64,000 nt of DNA from Amphiscolops sp. MND2022 (Eukaryota), in the NCBI GenBank assembly GCA_964187785.1, contig OZ076409.1:56360001-56424000 (forward strand), in the 5' to 3' direction. The notes under the pieces are model-generated. The model saw nothing but the letters and a program-made list of their open reading frames with translations, was not told the origin of the DNA and ran no database searches. Shown here one piece after another: positions 38,501-48,500 of the stretch (position 1 is its first letter; each line of letters begins with the position of its first letter). A program made the translations under genes and the position numbers.

Positions 38501-41388
38501 GACAACAAAATGCTACCTTGGTGAACGTTTTCAATATTCCAATCTACGGAGTTTGTCGAAATCGTGACAGAAATTGGATAAAAACATTGAAAATAGGAAA
38601 ATTTTGGGTTTTTTGTCGTTTTTGGGTGCCAACTTGAGATTTTCTTCATCTAGAAAACTGCATTAACTTCTTCGGAAAAACTTGTTGGACCAATGCTGTT
38701 CCTTGCTTACGCTTCGCAACATTCTGATCTACGAAGTCTGTCGAAAATGTGACAAAAATTGCATAAAAAATTCGAAAAATAGAAAGTTTTGGGATTTTTG
38801 TCACTTTCGGTTTCAATTTGAGACCTTTTTCATTTAGAAAAAAGAAATAATCTTTTCGGAAAAGCCTACCGGACAGCTAATACGGGCCACTTTGACCGTT
38901 TTTAACATTCTAATCAACGAAGTCCTACTAAAATTCGACAAAAATTGAAAAAAATTGTTAAAAATTGGGAAATTTTTGGAATTTTGGTCAATTATTGGGT
39001 CAATTTTCTGACAAAACCGCATTTATCTCTTCCTAGAAACCTATTGGACAACAACATCGTGCCTTGTTGAACGTTTGCAACTATCTAATTTGCGATGTTT
39101 ATCAAAAATTGACAAAAAACGCATGAAAACGGTAAAAATTGAGAAATTTTGGAGTTTTTGTTTTTTTTTCGGGGCCAATTTGAGATATTTTTCATTAAGA
39201 AAACTGCAATAAATTCTTTAGAAAAGCCTACTGGACTAATACGTTTTCCTTGCTGACGCTTCTCAACATTCTAATCTACGAAGTCTGTCAAAAAATTGAC
39301 AAAAATGCATTTAAAAATTTGAAAAATGGAACGTTTTGGGTTTTTTTTTTTGTTATTTTCGTTATCAATTTGAGACCTTTTTCATTTGGAAAAGAGCAAT
39401 TATCTTTTCTGAAAAGCCTACCGCACAGCAAATGCGTGCCATGTTGAGCGTTCTCAACATTTTAATTACCGAAGTATGTCGAAAATTTGACAAAAATTGC
39501 TTAAAATTGTTAAAAATCAGTAAATTTTGGAATTTTTGTCATTTTTGGGGTCAATTTTCTGGTACAAAATTGCATTTATCTCTTCATAGAAGACTATTGG
39601 AGAATGAATTCGTGCCCTGTTGAACGTTTTCAACATTCTAATTCGCGGTGTCTTCCAAAAAAATGACAAAAATTGCATAAAAACGTTAAAAAAATGAAAA
39701 ATTTGGGAATTTATGTCATTTTCGGGGTCATTTCGTCATTAAGGGGTCATTTTCGTCATTTAAAAAAACTCCAAAAATCTCTACAAATACATATCGCACG
39801 AAGCTAAATTTATGTGAGTTGAATTCTATGGGTAACACCCTTGAAGTTAAACATAAATAAATTCTTAGCAAAATTTGTAAAAAAAAACCCGTTTGATTTA
39901 AATATTTTCCTTTCCCATATATGAAATATGGGCGGAAAATAATAAATTTTCAAAAACGTTTTTGAGCATGAAAAAACTAAAACTTTCAAATGAGCATTTG
40001 TTTTTTCAATATTTTGTGCCCAAAACATAGTGGGGGTGTGACTAACGTGCGACTCGTGGAGTAGTTTCCCTCCGAAGCGTAGATGACGTCAGAAGGGGCA
40101 TTCATCAGCTTGGAAATGAGAGACACGTGTTTTTGGGCGCTCTCTTTGTCCGTTAGGGTGTACGCCGCCAAGAGGTTGTGTAACACTTGGGCACAGTAGC
40201 GCATCGTATCCACATCAACCTGTGTGCCCTCGTTGCTCACAGTTTGCATCATATCTTCGATTATGCGCTTCGCTTCACTCAATGATTTCGGTTCCTGGAT
40301 CAGTTGATTTTCATCAAAACTCTTGTTGGAAGACGGACTTAGCTCTCAAAATGAATCCAGAATACATACAATTTGATTATTCGGAACTCTTAATTTATCA
40401 TCACAATGCCGAGTATAGAAAAGCGGTCGTCTCTTTTCACAGTGTTTCAGAATTTTTTGACCACTGGTTTCGATTTCGATTATTTCTATAGAACCTGTCG
40501 AAGTTCTGTTACCCGCCATTCCTTTTACACTGTGTTGAATTTTACACTGTTCTATTATTATATATCTTATCAAATAAAGAACTAAACTTTTGACAACTAT
40601 AGTCAGTCTATTACCAGCTGGGTACAATTAATTCTGAAATTTGTTTTAGATTTTGTAGATAGGTTTCGGAGATATTTTGAAGTATTCAGAGTAAAACTTT
40701 TTTTACAACGTATTAGTCGACAAATGCATGAACTACTAACATTTTGGCAGAATTTGGAATTGATATCTCCCCATTGGACCTCGATCATGTGTTTGGATTT
40801 CTTGATCACGCAGGGCCTCTTGGCAAATCCGAAGGGGATAGCGTCGGCGCCTCCCGGTCTCCGTGACCCATACGGACACACAATGCTGGACGTGTTTCCT
40901 GCTCCAGTCTCTGGCCATCTCAGCGCCCCTATCGATTTGCGGTCCAGGGGTGGGGTTGCCGGGCATGTTCCTATTGATAAAAGGTAGCAAGTTTTCAACA
41001 CGTTTTAATTAAATTGACAATGGATTGATTGAACGAGCCAATATCAATCAATTCAAATCTGGCATCAGATAGTTCAACTCATATCAATGAAAATTCGACA
41101 GGTTGAAACACTTATTGTTAATCAAAGATTCTTTGTGAAAAGTTTACTTCCAAATGTTAGAGCGTAAAAAATACATAATCGATGGTTTTTTGGAGATATT
41201 TCAAATTTGATTGTAACAGTGTTTATACTCACTGAGTCGTTGGCACTTGGAGCCGAAGAATTCGGGGGGACATTCACAGACGTAGCCCTCCTGGTACTGA
41301 GGGGTGGCGAAACCCAAGGTCAGACATCTACCTCCGTTTGCGCACAAATTGTCTGCACATTCTTTGTTCGCACGTGCACAGTTTTCAC
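2160..41388 (-). CDS. Adhesion GPCR (family B2, ADGRG2/4/6-like 7TM), partial 10-exon model: EGF-HRM-GAIN-GPS-TM1..TM4
   Basis: Exons 41388-41233, 40970-40741, ~40342-40047, 24300-24093, 12825-12607, 12053-11832, 8983-8947, 3399-3305, 2879-2764 and 2572-2160 all have AG/GT boundaries. Their phases join into one open frame (1-1-0-2-0-0-0-1-0-2-1). The product contains an EGF Cys pattern, the HRM W-P-E-T..C-P-Y-G motif, GPS CVFW..W..C..HL/TSF..M and B2-type TM2-3 (LSLATALVLLNISFL..LCNAVGVALHFFLLAS..W). Confidence 0.92.
2764..2879 (-). CDS. aGPCR exon: TM1 (SILPFVGTGLAIIAYTLTIITYCLF)
   Basis: 116 nt, phase 0-2, acceptor tttgtttcag, donor gttagt. Confidence 0.9.
3305..3399 (-). CDS. aGPCR exon: GPS cleavage site and Stachel (ARYWSQTGLITRPHANGTLCQSTHL/TSFTVFM)
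   Basis: 95 nt, phase 1-0, acceptor ttcgtttcag, donor gtaagt. Contains the HL|T autoproteolysis triad. Confidence 0.92.
5308..7099 (+). mobile_element. Gag-only, internally deleted LTR retrotransposon (Gypsy-like), degenerate
   Basis: LTRs at 5308-5515 and 6890-7099 (TG...CA, ~208 bp, clearly similar). PBS TGGCGCAATCAGCA at 5519; polypurine tract at 6874-6889. Broken gag with a zinc-knuckle-like CNNCGKEGHY near 6330-6365; no pol. Flanking duplication GCACCTGA. Confidence 0.88.
7123..7620 (-). mobile_element. HINE family A copy
   Basis: One end reads AACAAGACGGGAACGTC-TAA-AGTCGGCGC and the other AGTCGGGCACTTTTCTCTAGAAAAGCGCCGACTAAAAA, with GGGGACCCTTT core motifs between. Confidence 0.8.
8225..8527 (-). 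mobile_element. tRNA-derived SINE-like element with HINE-type 3' end (family C, copy 1)
   Basis: Minus-strand head CATGGTGTAGTGGTTAGAGCATTCGG...GGTTCGAATCTC (A and B boxes). Colinear with 34045-34372. Confidence 0.7.
8612..8880 (+). mobile_element. Left-arm fragment of the AAATTTCGTCGT foldback/MULE-like family
   Basis: 15-bp AAATTTCGTCGTCAG units followed by unique sequence matching 57762-58030. Confidence 0.65.
8947..8983 (-). CDS. aGPCR 37-nt exon: first part of GPS (KTESLCVFWKED)
   Basis: Acceptor attgtttcag, donor gtaagt, phase 0-1. Supplies the CVFW motif missing from the flanking exons. Confidence 0.9.
11832..12053 (-). CDS. aGPCR exon: GAIN B (VITFKHDKLF...SRVVSVSL...NPIQISF)
   Basis: 222 nt, phase 0-0, acceptor gtttcag, donor gttaat. 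The F-x-x-x-x-L-F and S-x-V-V-S-x-S..P-I-x-I-x-F motifs are typical of GAIN. Confidence 0.9.
12607..12825 (-). CDS. aGPCR exon: GAIN B (GLVSVFIPPDIF...) with Ala/Ser/Gln-rich insert
   Basis: 219 nt, phase 0-0, acceptor ttactctag, donor gttagc. Confidence 0.85.
15806..16895 (-). mobile_element. HINE family A copy carrying a ~96-bp tandem array
   Basis: Terminus AACAAGACGGGAACGTCTCAAGTCGGCGC at 15806. About 6 units of TACTTCGGATATAACGTCAAAAGTTCGGATATAGCGTGCTGAG... at 15950-16510. Two successive degenerate fold-back ends at 16808-16895. Confidence 0.7.
17162..17300 (-). mobile_element. HINE family A terminal fragment
   Basis: AACAAGCCGGGAACGGCCCAAGTCGGCGCCATATCTAAGGCTC, matching 1219-1300. Confidence 0.75.
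17449..17551. repeat. ~103-bp near-perfect inverted repeat (37-bp arms)
   Basis: ATTGAGCTTCTTTGCGAAAGCGATGGAATTAATGGCC versus the reverse complement of GGCAATTAATTCCATCGCTTTCCCAAAGAAACTCAAT: 3 mismatches. Confidence 0.85.
18528..21104 (-). mobile_element. HINE family B copy with ~180-bp tandem array
   Basis: Both ends are homologous to 37533-39945. SubTIRs TATTTTTCGTCC and GGACGGAAAATA. Internal units recur at about 20091, 20269, 20451 and 20635. Confidence 0.75.
21530..22099 (+). mobile_element. HINE family A copy (degenerate)
   Basis: 3' end GACGCTGACTTGGGCCGTTCCCGGCTAGTT, GGGTCCCCCTTT core, and a B-box-like GGTTCGAGTC at ~21672. Confidence 0.65.
22290..22340 (-). mobile_element. HINE family A terminal fragment
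   Basis: AACAAGACAGGATCGTCTAAAGTCGGCCCC, a variant of the 3' stem-loop plus subTIR. Confidence 0.55.
23418..23866. mobile_element. Foldback/MULE-type MITE with ~130-bp modular TIRs and 9-bp TSD
   Basis: TSD TAATTTGAG at 23409-23417 and 23867-23875. TIRs are built of 15-16-bp ATTTCAACC units; termini GG...CC. Confidence 0.88.
24093..24300 (-). CDS. aGPCR exon: GAIN A/B junction (IVEDLEDLARRF...SENLNVVII...)
   Basis: 208 nt, phase 2-0, acceptor tatgtttcag, donor gttagt. GC-rich island that joins STSRT|IVEDLEDLA across a 15.7-kb intron. Confidence 0.88.
24472..24660 (+). mobile_element. Fragment of the AAATTTCGTCGT foldback family
   Basis: Start GGGAGGCGGATATTTCGTTG matches 57761; degenerate 15-bp units follow. 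Confidence 0.55.
27190..28612 (+). mobile_element. Old copy of the CCC-TIR/TA MITE, split by an LTR-element insertion
   Basis: 27475-27612 aligns with 45310-45445. 28560-28612 (CCTACAAAA..AGTTCAAGCA..GGG) resembles the MITE right end at 45455-45500. The left boundary is approximate. Confidence 0.6.
27620..28559 (-). mobile_element. Truncated LTR retrotransposon: 5' LTR, PBS and decayed gag (relative of 5308-7099)
   Basis: LTR 28559-28290 (TGTTATACGG...AAACA), then PBS TGGCGCAGTCAGCA. Gag IFTPILWLERFRQY..DFIWSIGPETLYQMTRAEYKTE..KDLIRLF is homologous to ORF 5644-5970 and contains in-frame stops. Confidence 0.85.
28745..28981 (-). mobile_element. HINE family A end fragment
   Basis: Fold-back end TAGTCTGCGTTTTCTACGAAAAGCGCCGATTAA. 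The body matches 18425-18525 plus 21108-21152. Confidence 0.65.
29271..29883. mobile_element. Tc1/mariner-type MITE
   Basis: TA|CAATAGTGTAAGAAA ... TTTCTTACACTATTG|TA, with an internal ~110-bp direct repeat (29360-29470 versus 29690-29800). Confidence 0.8.
34045..34372 (-). mobile_element. tRNA-derived SINE-like element with HINE-type 3' end (family C, copy 2)
   Basis: On the minus strand: GCATGGCGTAGTTAGAGCATTCGG..GGTTCGAATCTC head, TGTGACCTTAAGCAAGTCACTT motif, and end GCGCCGACTTAGAAAACAGAACTGCTTAT. Confidence 0.72.
34950..35220 (-). pseudogene. Possible decayed piggyBac-like transposase fragment
   Basis: Translation KIYYVGRTISLDQWLTFQGSHSKAVVLQKRPHQNFG loosely resembles the piggyBac Y..G..lSlDE.m..F.G.....y...KP.K.G segment. 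Judged by eye only. Confidence 0.3.
37533..39945 (-). mobile_element. HINE family B full-length copy with ~180-190-bp tandem array
   Basis: Left end AACAAGACGCC-CGCTG-AG-CAGCG-AGATATTTTCCACCC (stem-loop plus subTIR). Right end TATTTTCCTTTCCCATATATGAAATATGGGCGGAAAATA (fold-back plus subTIR). About 9-10 internal units, with AACATTC near 38169, 38350, 38719, 38903 and 39632. Confidence 0.8.
40047..40342 (-). CDS. aGPCR exon: GAIN subdomain A helices (acceptor position ambiguous)
   Basis: Open frame ..SLSEAKRIIEDMMQTV..CAQVLHNLL..ISKLMNAPSDVIYASEGNYSTSR(T), donor gttagt at 40046, phase 2. Phase-0 acceptors are possible at 40342 (GAG), 40321 (AAG) or 40294 (CAG). Confidence 0.8.
40741..40970 (-). 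CDS. aGPCR exon: hormone-receptor motif (HRM) domain
   Basis: 230 nt, phase 1-0, acceptor caatag, donor gttagt. Reads TCPATPP...LRWPETGAGNTSSIVCPYG...AKRPC...QWGDINSKFCQN. Confidence 0.9.
41233..41388 (-). CDS. aGPCR exon: EGF-like domain (GENCARANKECADNLCANGGRCLTLGFATPQYQEGYVCECPPEFFGSKCQRL)
   Basis: 156 nt, phase 1-1, acceptor ttctgttcag, donor gtgagt. Six-Cys EGF spacing, preceded by the last Cys of an upstream EGF repeat. Not present in the ORF track. Confidence 0.9.
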
Positions 41389-44228
41389 CTGAACAGAAAA
41401 GAAATCATTGTGTTGGGAGAAACACGGATTGATCATCATCAACAAACTTGGATCGTTTCAAACCATCGAACTGCTCAAGGTTCAAGAATTTAAAGCTCAA
41501 TTCAAATTCATAAGATTTTTTTTTCATTTTTTGGGAAAACTTATGAAGTTTCAAAAATCCTAAAAATGAGAAACAATCATCTTGTGGTTAATGACAGTCT
41601 CGCAAGGCTGAAAAAAGTACAAAGTAACGTCTTTTGATATACTGTAGTTTTGTAAATAGTATAAGCTAAAATATTCAGTGGCCTGTTAAGAATAATGAGA
41701 ACCTTCTGAATGCATTAATGTTTTTGGAACAAATAATTGAAAATGTAACCCAGAAAAAGGAAGAAAACGCCCAGTGAAAGAAGGTGAAGCATAATTTTAC
41801 ATGGGTAACATGCACATACAAAAATTTGGGTCTATTAAACAAAAAATTAATTATATTATTCTGGGCGTAAGGTCAACTTTCAAACTGCTGACCAATCACC
41901 AACCTTCAAATACACACTCTCGTCAGAAGTAGTTCCGAGAAACAAATCACTCTTTGTATAATTGGGTTTTTAAAAAAGTCACTCAATCAGTATGTGCATA
42001 CTATTTTCCAAAAAAAACACATTCAACAACATAGTTTTGAAAAGTACTTGATAGATGACTTGAAAGGCCCATGCCAAATCATAGCCTCACAAAGTCGCAA
42101 GCAAGAGGTTAACTTGAACTGCAGTGCAGGTTCTTTGAATGACTTTGCGGAAATGTCAGAGCAACTTGTAATTCTGTCAATTACTCGCACTTTAAGTGCC
42201 ATAAATGGTAGGCATTAAATTGCCATCATAAACATGTGTTGCAACGTTTTTACGACCACATGAGATATTATTCATGTCCCGAGTTGTTCTCTTGTTTATA
42301 GAAGAATGAGCTTCCTGCAGCGAGACCGGAGGAGAACACCAGGTGCTTAATAACACGTAGGGAAAGTGAACAAAAACGCGGGTCATCGCTTGGTACCTTT
42401 TATGGAAGCCACCAATTAGGACAGAAAGCAATACAATCTAATCCGTGTATTGACAAGGGTTTCAGCATCTATAACCAGTCACGCAGTTATAGCCTACCGC
42501 AAAATCAAATATTTCTACATTTTTCCGCAAACTTTATTTTTTGCAAAGCTGACAAAAGTTGCTGTGATTGAGCTTTGATATGTTTTTTTGTTTGTTTTAT
42601 CCATAAATTATGAAGTAGCCGAGGGTTGTAGATGAGAAAAATTGTGTGTTGTTACAGCGTTTGAAGTTTAATTGATGCTGAGGGTGAACTTTTGTTCATG
42701 AAAGCTAGTGAAAAATAAACAAAACTCACCCTCTGATCGAAGTGAAGAGTTCAATATTCATAACAAATTTACAACAACAGAGAAAGTTCAAGCAACTAGA
42801 TTTTCTACCAAACATTTCAGTTCGCTTTTATTTTGATATTTTGCAGGCTGTCCATTCTATATTTTCACATGCTCTACCTTAAAACTCCATCTTTTCCGGA
42901 ATATGAAAAATGCTACCGAGTATCTTTTCTATACAAAACAAAAATGCATAAAAATAACAAATCTGTAGTGAATTGAAAAACGAAATGCACAGAAACAAAA
43001 AATTATCGAAAAAAGACTGTTGTATATTTGCTCAAGGTAAAATAACAAGGTTCAGTAAAGACGGATTCTTATTACTAATCGAAATTTAAGGTTAAGTGGT
43101 GATACATCTAGCTACCGTAGGCAAGTACTCTACTGTCAGAAGATAAAGGGGGTCCTAACGTCAATCACATATGCCACAGAGACAGAAATGTAAGATATTT
43201 CTTAAGTTTTCAGTGTCGTTTGAGAAAATTAGCTCATATTTATAGTCCTTTGCTCTAAAACCAACGGTTCTAATCTTCAAAAGAAAACATATACATTGCT
43301 TACATCAAGCTTTGCGAGGTTAGATATCAAAGCCGATGGTCTCTGGGGAATTGCATTCAGGACCTATTTCCATGTCAATGTTTTAAATCCGCGAGCAAAA
43401 GTTGCCTGAAGTGTCTGAAAGTTTCGTACATCCTCCACAAGCAGTTGAAGAAACTGAGGTACAAGGTGGGTGAACTCAAAGTGGAAATTGCTGCTACGTT
43501 TGTACTGTTGGTTTTCGCTTGCACAGGAGCCACCGGCCCATGTGAAACACGGGTTAATATTTTCCAAAAAAGCGCAACAAAAGTTAACAACAAAATGCAT
43601 AGTTCGTGGCAGCATTGTCATCGTCTTTTTCGAACTTTTTCGTTCGACAAGGTAGAAAACGATAGCAAATACCGACTCTTTTAAATGGCTTCAAGATTTT
43701 CAGTGAGCTCCCAAAGGTTTTTCTTTCAGCAGTTACTTTGAGAGATCCCAGCTGAAATTTTCAATACCCCAGAAAAAACCAACCCTATCAATTTTTGTTA
43801 AAACGCTCCAATTATGCTTCAAACGTGAATTGATGGGGGTGGCAGAGAGCTGTTGGCGCCTCAGAAAAATCCTAAATTGAGAAGTCGGATAATTCATTCC
43901 AAAATTGTCTAATTTTCTTGCTGTGAAATCTTGATTTTGGACATTCAGACATCCGGAATATTGCGATTCTCGGTTCAGAGAGGTCCTAAGGTCACCATGG
44001 AAGACAAGCAATTGTAATTTGTGATCTTCTGCGAGAGAAAATAGGACTTTTCGCCATCTGTTGTCCGTATTTGGCTTGAAAGTTTCTTATGTTCTTACTG
44101 GACCTTTCCGATTGGCATATTTGATTATTACTAGTCCTAACGGATGTAAATGGAGTGCTTGAAAATTGGAAAGTGCTATTTTGAGTCAGTAATAAACAGA
44201 AGCAAAAGTCATGATCTACTATTTTTAT

Positions 44229-44801
44229 CAGTCGGCGCTTCATGAAGTGAAACGCGACTACCATAGTGACTCTTTTTTTTTCAATCCACACGAACTGACC
44301 AAAATAGTTCAACAAAAGTTCTACAAAATTTCATGGTCCCAAATTGAATCATTTAGCCTAGCGAACTTAACCAAAAAAGTTTTTCCTCTTTTTCCGCGTA
44401 CCATACCATACCGGGAAAGACCAAAGAGTCCCACCTTTCAGTTTTTTTTCGGCATTGTGAGACTTTTTCGAAAAAAATCCCCCAAAGGGTCCCCCTTCAA
44501 TTTTTTGATGTTTTGCGACAGAATAGATGTTGAAAAATCCCAAAGGGTCCCCTTTTCAGTTTTTTCGGCATTGTGTGACTTTTTTTCGGAATTTTTTTCA
44601 CCATTTTTTTCACCCTTCATTTTTTTGATGTTTTGCAACAATGGATGTTAACAAAATCGAAAGGATCCCTCTTTTAGCGCGCCAGTTCCGTCGTTTGGGT
44701 TTTTCGTGAGTTTGATGCTTTTAGTTTTTTGACACTTTCAAGTCCTTTTGCTATTTTTGAGCCTTAAATATGGCGCCGACTTATGCCGTTCCCAGCTTGT
44801 T
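44229..44801 (+). mobile_element. HINE family A copy (full length)
   Basis: AGTCGGCGCTTCATGAAGTGAAACGCGACT ... GGCGCCGACTTATGCCGTTCCCAGCTTGTT. Confidence 0.82.
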
Positions 44802-44951
44802 ATAATTATTATTGATACTTTTGACATTCGAATGTTATTTTTTGTAGTACCGATGCAAAGTTGGGCATTATATCAACTTCTTGTGTATCAGAAGAAACTT
44901 TCATGATGATAACAATTATGACTACTAATGTGTAAGAGATGTAGTTTCCTA

Positions 44952-45500
44952 CCCTAGTCGAAGTTGCCGCGAAGTTTTACAGGCACCTTCAAAAAATGCA
45001 GGCTAATTTTTTTATAAAACATGGAAAATTCAGGGACCATACATGGAAACATTTTGTAGGATTACTATGCAGCTTTCACTATTTGAGTTAAAACTGAGAA
45101 TATTTCCACTTCTTCACCACCGCGATCACTTAGTTTTCACGCGTAAGTTTCTCAGGTAAGTACCTTATGTAAACACCGTTAGTCGAATAGCACGCTGAAT
45201 ATGACGCTACTTTGAAACTTATAATGTGACTGAAAAATATTTGCATTGAAACCGCGGTAAAGTTGATGAAGGTCTCAGCTGCTTTCAAAATTAGAACGGC
45301 GTCTTCATGAAACCTGCAAAACTTCGCGGCTCGGAATTGCCGCCAAATTTAGGATGCATCTTATAGGCAGCTTGATAAATTTATTTTGCATCCGTGAAGT
45401 TTTAATGCATGGACGTTTCCTTGAAACTTTTATAAAATCATGAAAAATTAGCTTGGTAGCCTACAAAACTTGTAAAAAGTTCAAGCACTTCCAACCAGGG
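44952..45500. mobile_element. CCC-terminated MITE with TA duplication (Tc1/mariner- or CMC/EnSpm-type)
   Basis: TA|CCCTAGTCG...CCAACCAGGG|TA. Inverted homologue at 53171-53715. Confidence 0.85.
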
Positions 45501-48500
45501 TATGTTCTACTTGAAACTTGGAAAACGCATGTTTGAAAAACAAAAAGAGGTAAAAGTCAAAGAAGCAGTAGTTACAGCACCGACTTCAAGAACTTGTTTA
45601 ACCCATTTGAAAGTATATGCAACCGCAAGAATAGATGCAATATCATGTATTCAAAGTTGCAAAAATTGATAAATGTTGATAGTCAAGCAAAATTTACCAT
45701 GAGCACAAAAATGACACGTCTTCAATGTCCCACCCAGAAAATCTAGTTAAGAAACCGTTGCGCTTTTCAATGGAGGCAACAATTTTTCTGAGAAACGTTT
45801 CATCTACAAATTACGCAGAAGAGTTGATACAAGAATTATCTGCTTTAGCTAATCTTTTGTTCTTTTATACGTTTTATACAAGTTTTTATACTTGGGACAC
45901 TTTTGCGTCATTCCCTTACAGAGCGTACTAAAACTGTGAAGGCTTTGCTCGCTTCGAGTTAAAAATCTTGGGATTTCAAAAAAAATCTGCAGACAACTTT
46001 ACAGAGGGAAACATTTGAAAAGTGGTAAAATTCAATTGAACGAAAGTGGTAAAATTCAAATTGAACCGAAACGCCTTCGAAGGAATTACTTATATCCTCA
46101 AGGGCAGAGTTCTTCACAGCAGTTATTGTTCTCAGTTGGAGAAAGAAGGGCATTCAAAGGTTACAGAGTGTTGCCGAATCTACAAGCACTTTCCTCGAAC
46201 AAAAAAATATTTGAGGTTTTTCAAAAAGCGACGAGATCAGTCTTAAAGCCTGATAAGTCAATTCTTTGTACGGAGACTTTTGCAGACGTAAAAGGAGCAG
46301 AGTTTTGTAATAATCGAAGTTGCTGAATGATAAGGTTGCATTCCTTGAGCATTTGAGTGGTACAAATTTAAAACTTCCCAAATGGTCCCACATTGTTTTT
46401 GTGAACTGCAAATATACGACGCAGGCTTTAAAATGAAGATCCAAAAAAGTTGCAAAAAATCTTGCATTGGACACATTATTATAGCAATATCTGAATACGT
46501 GTATATCTGAATGCGTGTATATTTATAATAACCTATCGCGCCTGTCCAAAAAAACTTGATCAAAAACCAAAATAATGAAAACTTCGCAAAAATTTTTGAG
46601 ATTTAAGCTTTACGAAAAACGAAGTTACGAATTTTTGAAAACAGAAAAAAGGCCTTTAGTAAGGAACAGAATGTCAAGCTTGATTGAGCATTTCATAACA
46701 CCCGAAAATCTTTTCACTGCAAAATTAGAATGTAACGAAATTATCAGCTATAGATAACTGCATAGAATTTAAAAATTGAAATGAATTTTAAGAGGCTGTT
46801 GTTCAATTTCCTTCGAAAAATTTTCCGTTTGTCAGATTATGGGAAAAAGTTTGTATTAACCAATAGTGTAACTTGGGCGAAGAATGAATACTACACTCAA
46901 AGGAATCTTGAATATTTGAAACTTCCAGATCTCAAAAGACTTGTAATTTATGGATTAAAATCGTGCACCAAAATTGAGTTGAATATTTTGTTCTTATTCC
47001 CTTTCATGTACATTACCTATGTGAATTCACCTGTAGTATATATTTCCTTGAGTGCCTTAAACAGCAACAAACTTGGTATCGAACTTCAGGAATAAATACA
47101 CCTGCATATAATTTTTTTGCAAAAATATTGGTTTTACTATACTTCTCTAGAAAAGGCTATTGTCTTGTTCTAGAAAACCAAACAAAAGTTTTCGTTAGCG
47201 AAAAATTAAAGAGGGAAAAATCTTAAACAATGTCTTTTGAAAAGAACGTAGTGATACATGCAAACTTTTGCAGAGTCCCAAAAGAATCAATGAAACTAAA
47301 TTCTCAACTTAAGCAACAAAGGATTTCGATCTTTATAACATAGCAAACAAATTTTTGTGAAAAATATCTTTGCTATTTTCCAGTCAAAATAAAAGTTGCT
47401 CAAATATTGATTGAACGTCTTTAGGGTCTCCTGGACGTCCAAAGAAGACAAAAATCGATCCCGAAGAGACACTTACAAATCTAGCGTTATCTAAACATAC
47501 TAATCTTTTCATAAATTTACTTTATGGATAAAATCGTATAAAAATTTGCGAATGAATTTGCATCAAAGGACTCTTTTTGGTTGCACAAATTCCTCTCGGT
47601 AAACTCAGCAGAACTTATCACCTCAAGGACATGCGAGATTTCTGGGAACATTTGTTGCACTAATTTTGCCTCGTCTATTTTGGAGAAAGTAATTCACATC
47701 TTACATTTTTATACAACCTTAATTTGGTTGCTTCAAATTTGTATGGTACACTTTATTATATTTGTGACATGAAAAAAGGAGACGGGTTCAAGACGGCTTG
47801 AGGAGACTTGTGTTAAAGAGATGCCAGAAATGTTTTAAAATGTTGGCTTTGGCGTCGCCAGTTGATTAAAAGTGATTCACTTGGTTGGGTTGACTTGTGG
47901 ATAAAAGGGAATTAGAGACGGATGCTAGTTTAAAGTAGGCGTCAGGTATGACAAAGGCATCAATTGCTTCATCAGAGCCCAAATGCGGTGCTACCAATAG
48001 GCGTGAATAGATTGGAAAAGAAGGTGAATAAACTGAATGACATTCCATCGTCACTTCCGGCGCCTTATTGCATCATTGCGTCAAGCTAGAGCTGATCAAA
48101 GATGTCCGACTTTTGCAACTGTTTTTAAACTCGCCAAAAGCGCTCAGTCTTCAGATGCGAATCAATTTATGAGAGATCAATCGAAACAAACGCACTGTAT
48201 TTATGTGAAATATAGATGCTAGCACATTTTCAACTTTTCATCATTCACATGCGAGCCTTCTTTGAAACGTTTATTTGCTGTTTTTCGACTAAAAATCACC
48301 GCGATCACGTGAATTTATTGGGTGATTCTCTATAGATTAATTGTAAATGTGGGAATCGATTGTAAAAGCAAAGGAGGAAATTATACGCGCGAAAAATTTC
48401 CAGTGTCCATGAAACTCGAGTCAATCGTCACTTCGTTGGACCCACAGTATGAAGCGCTACTTTGCTTATCAGAAATTATAAAGGATGTCAAATTAACTAT

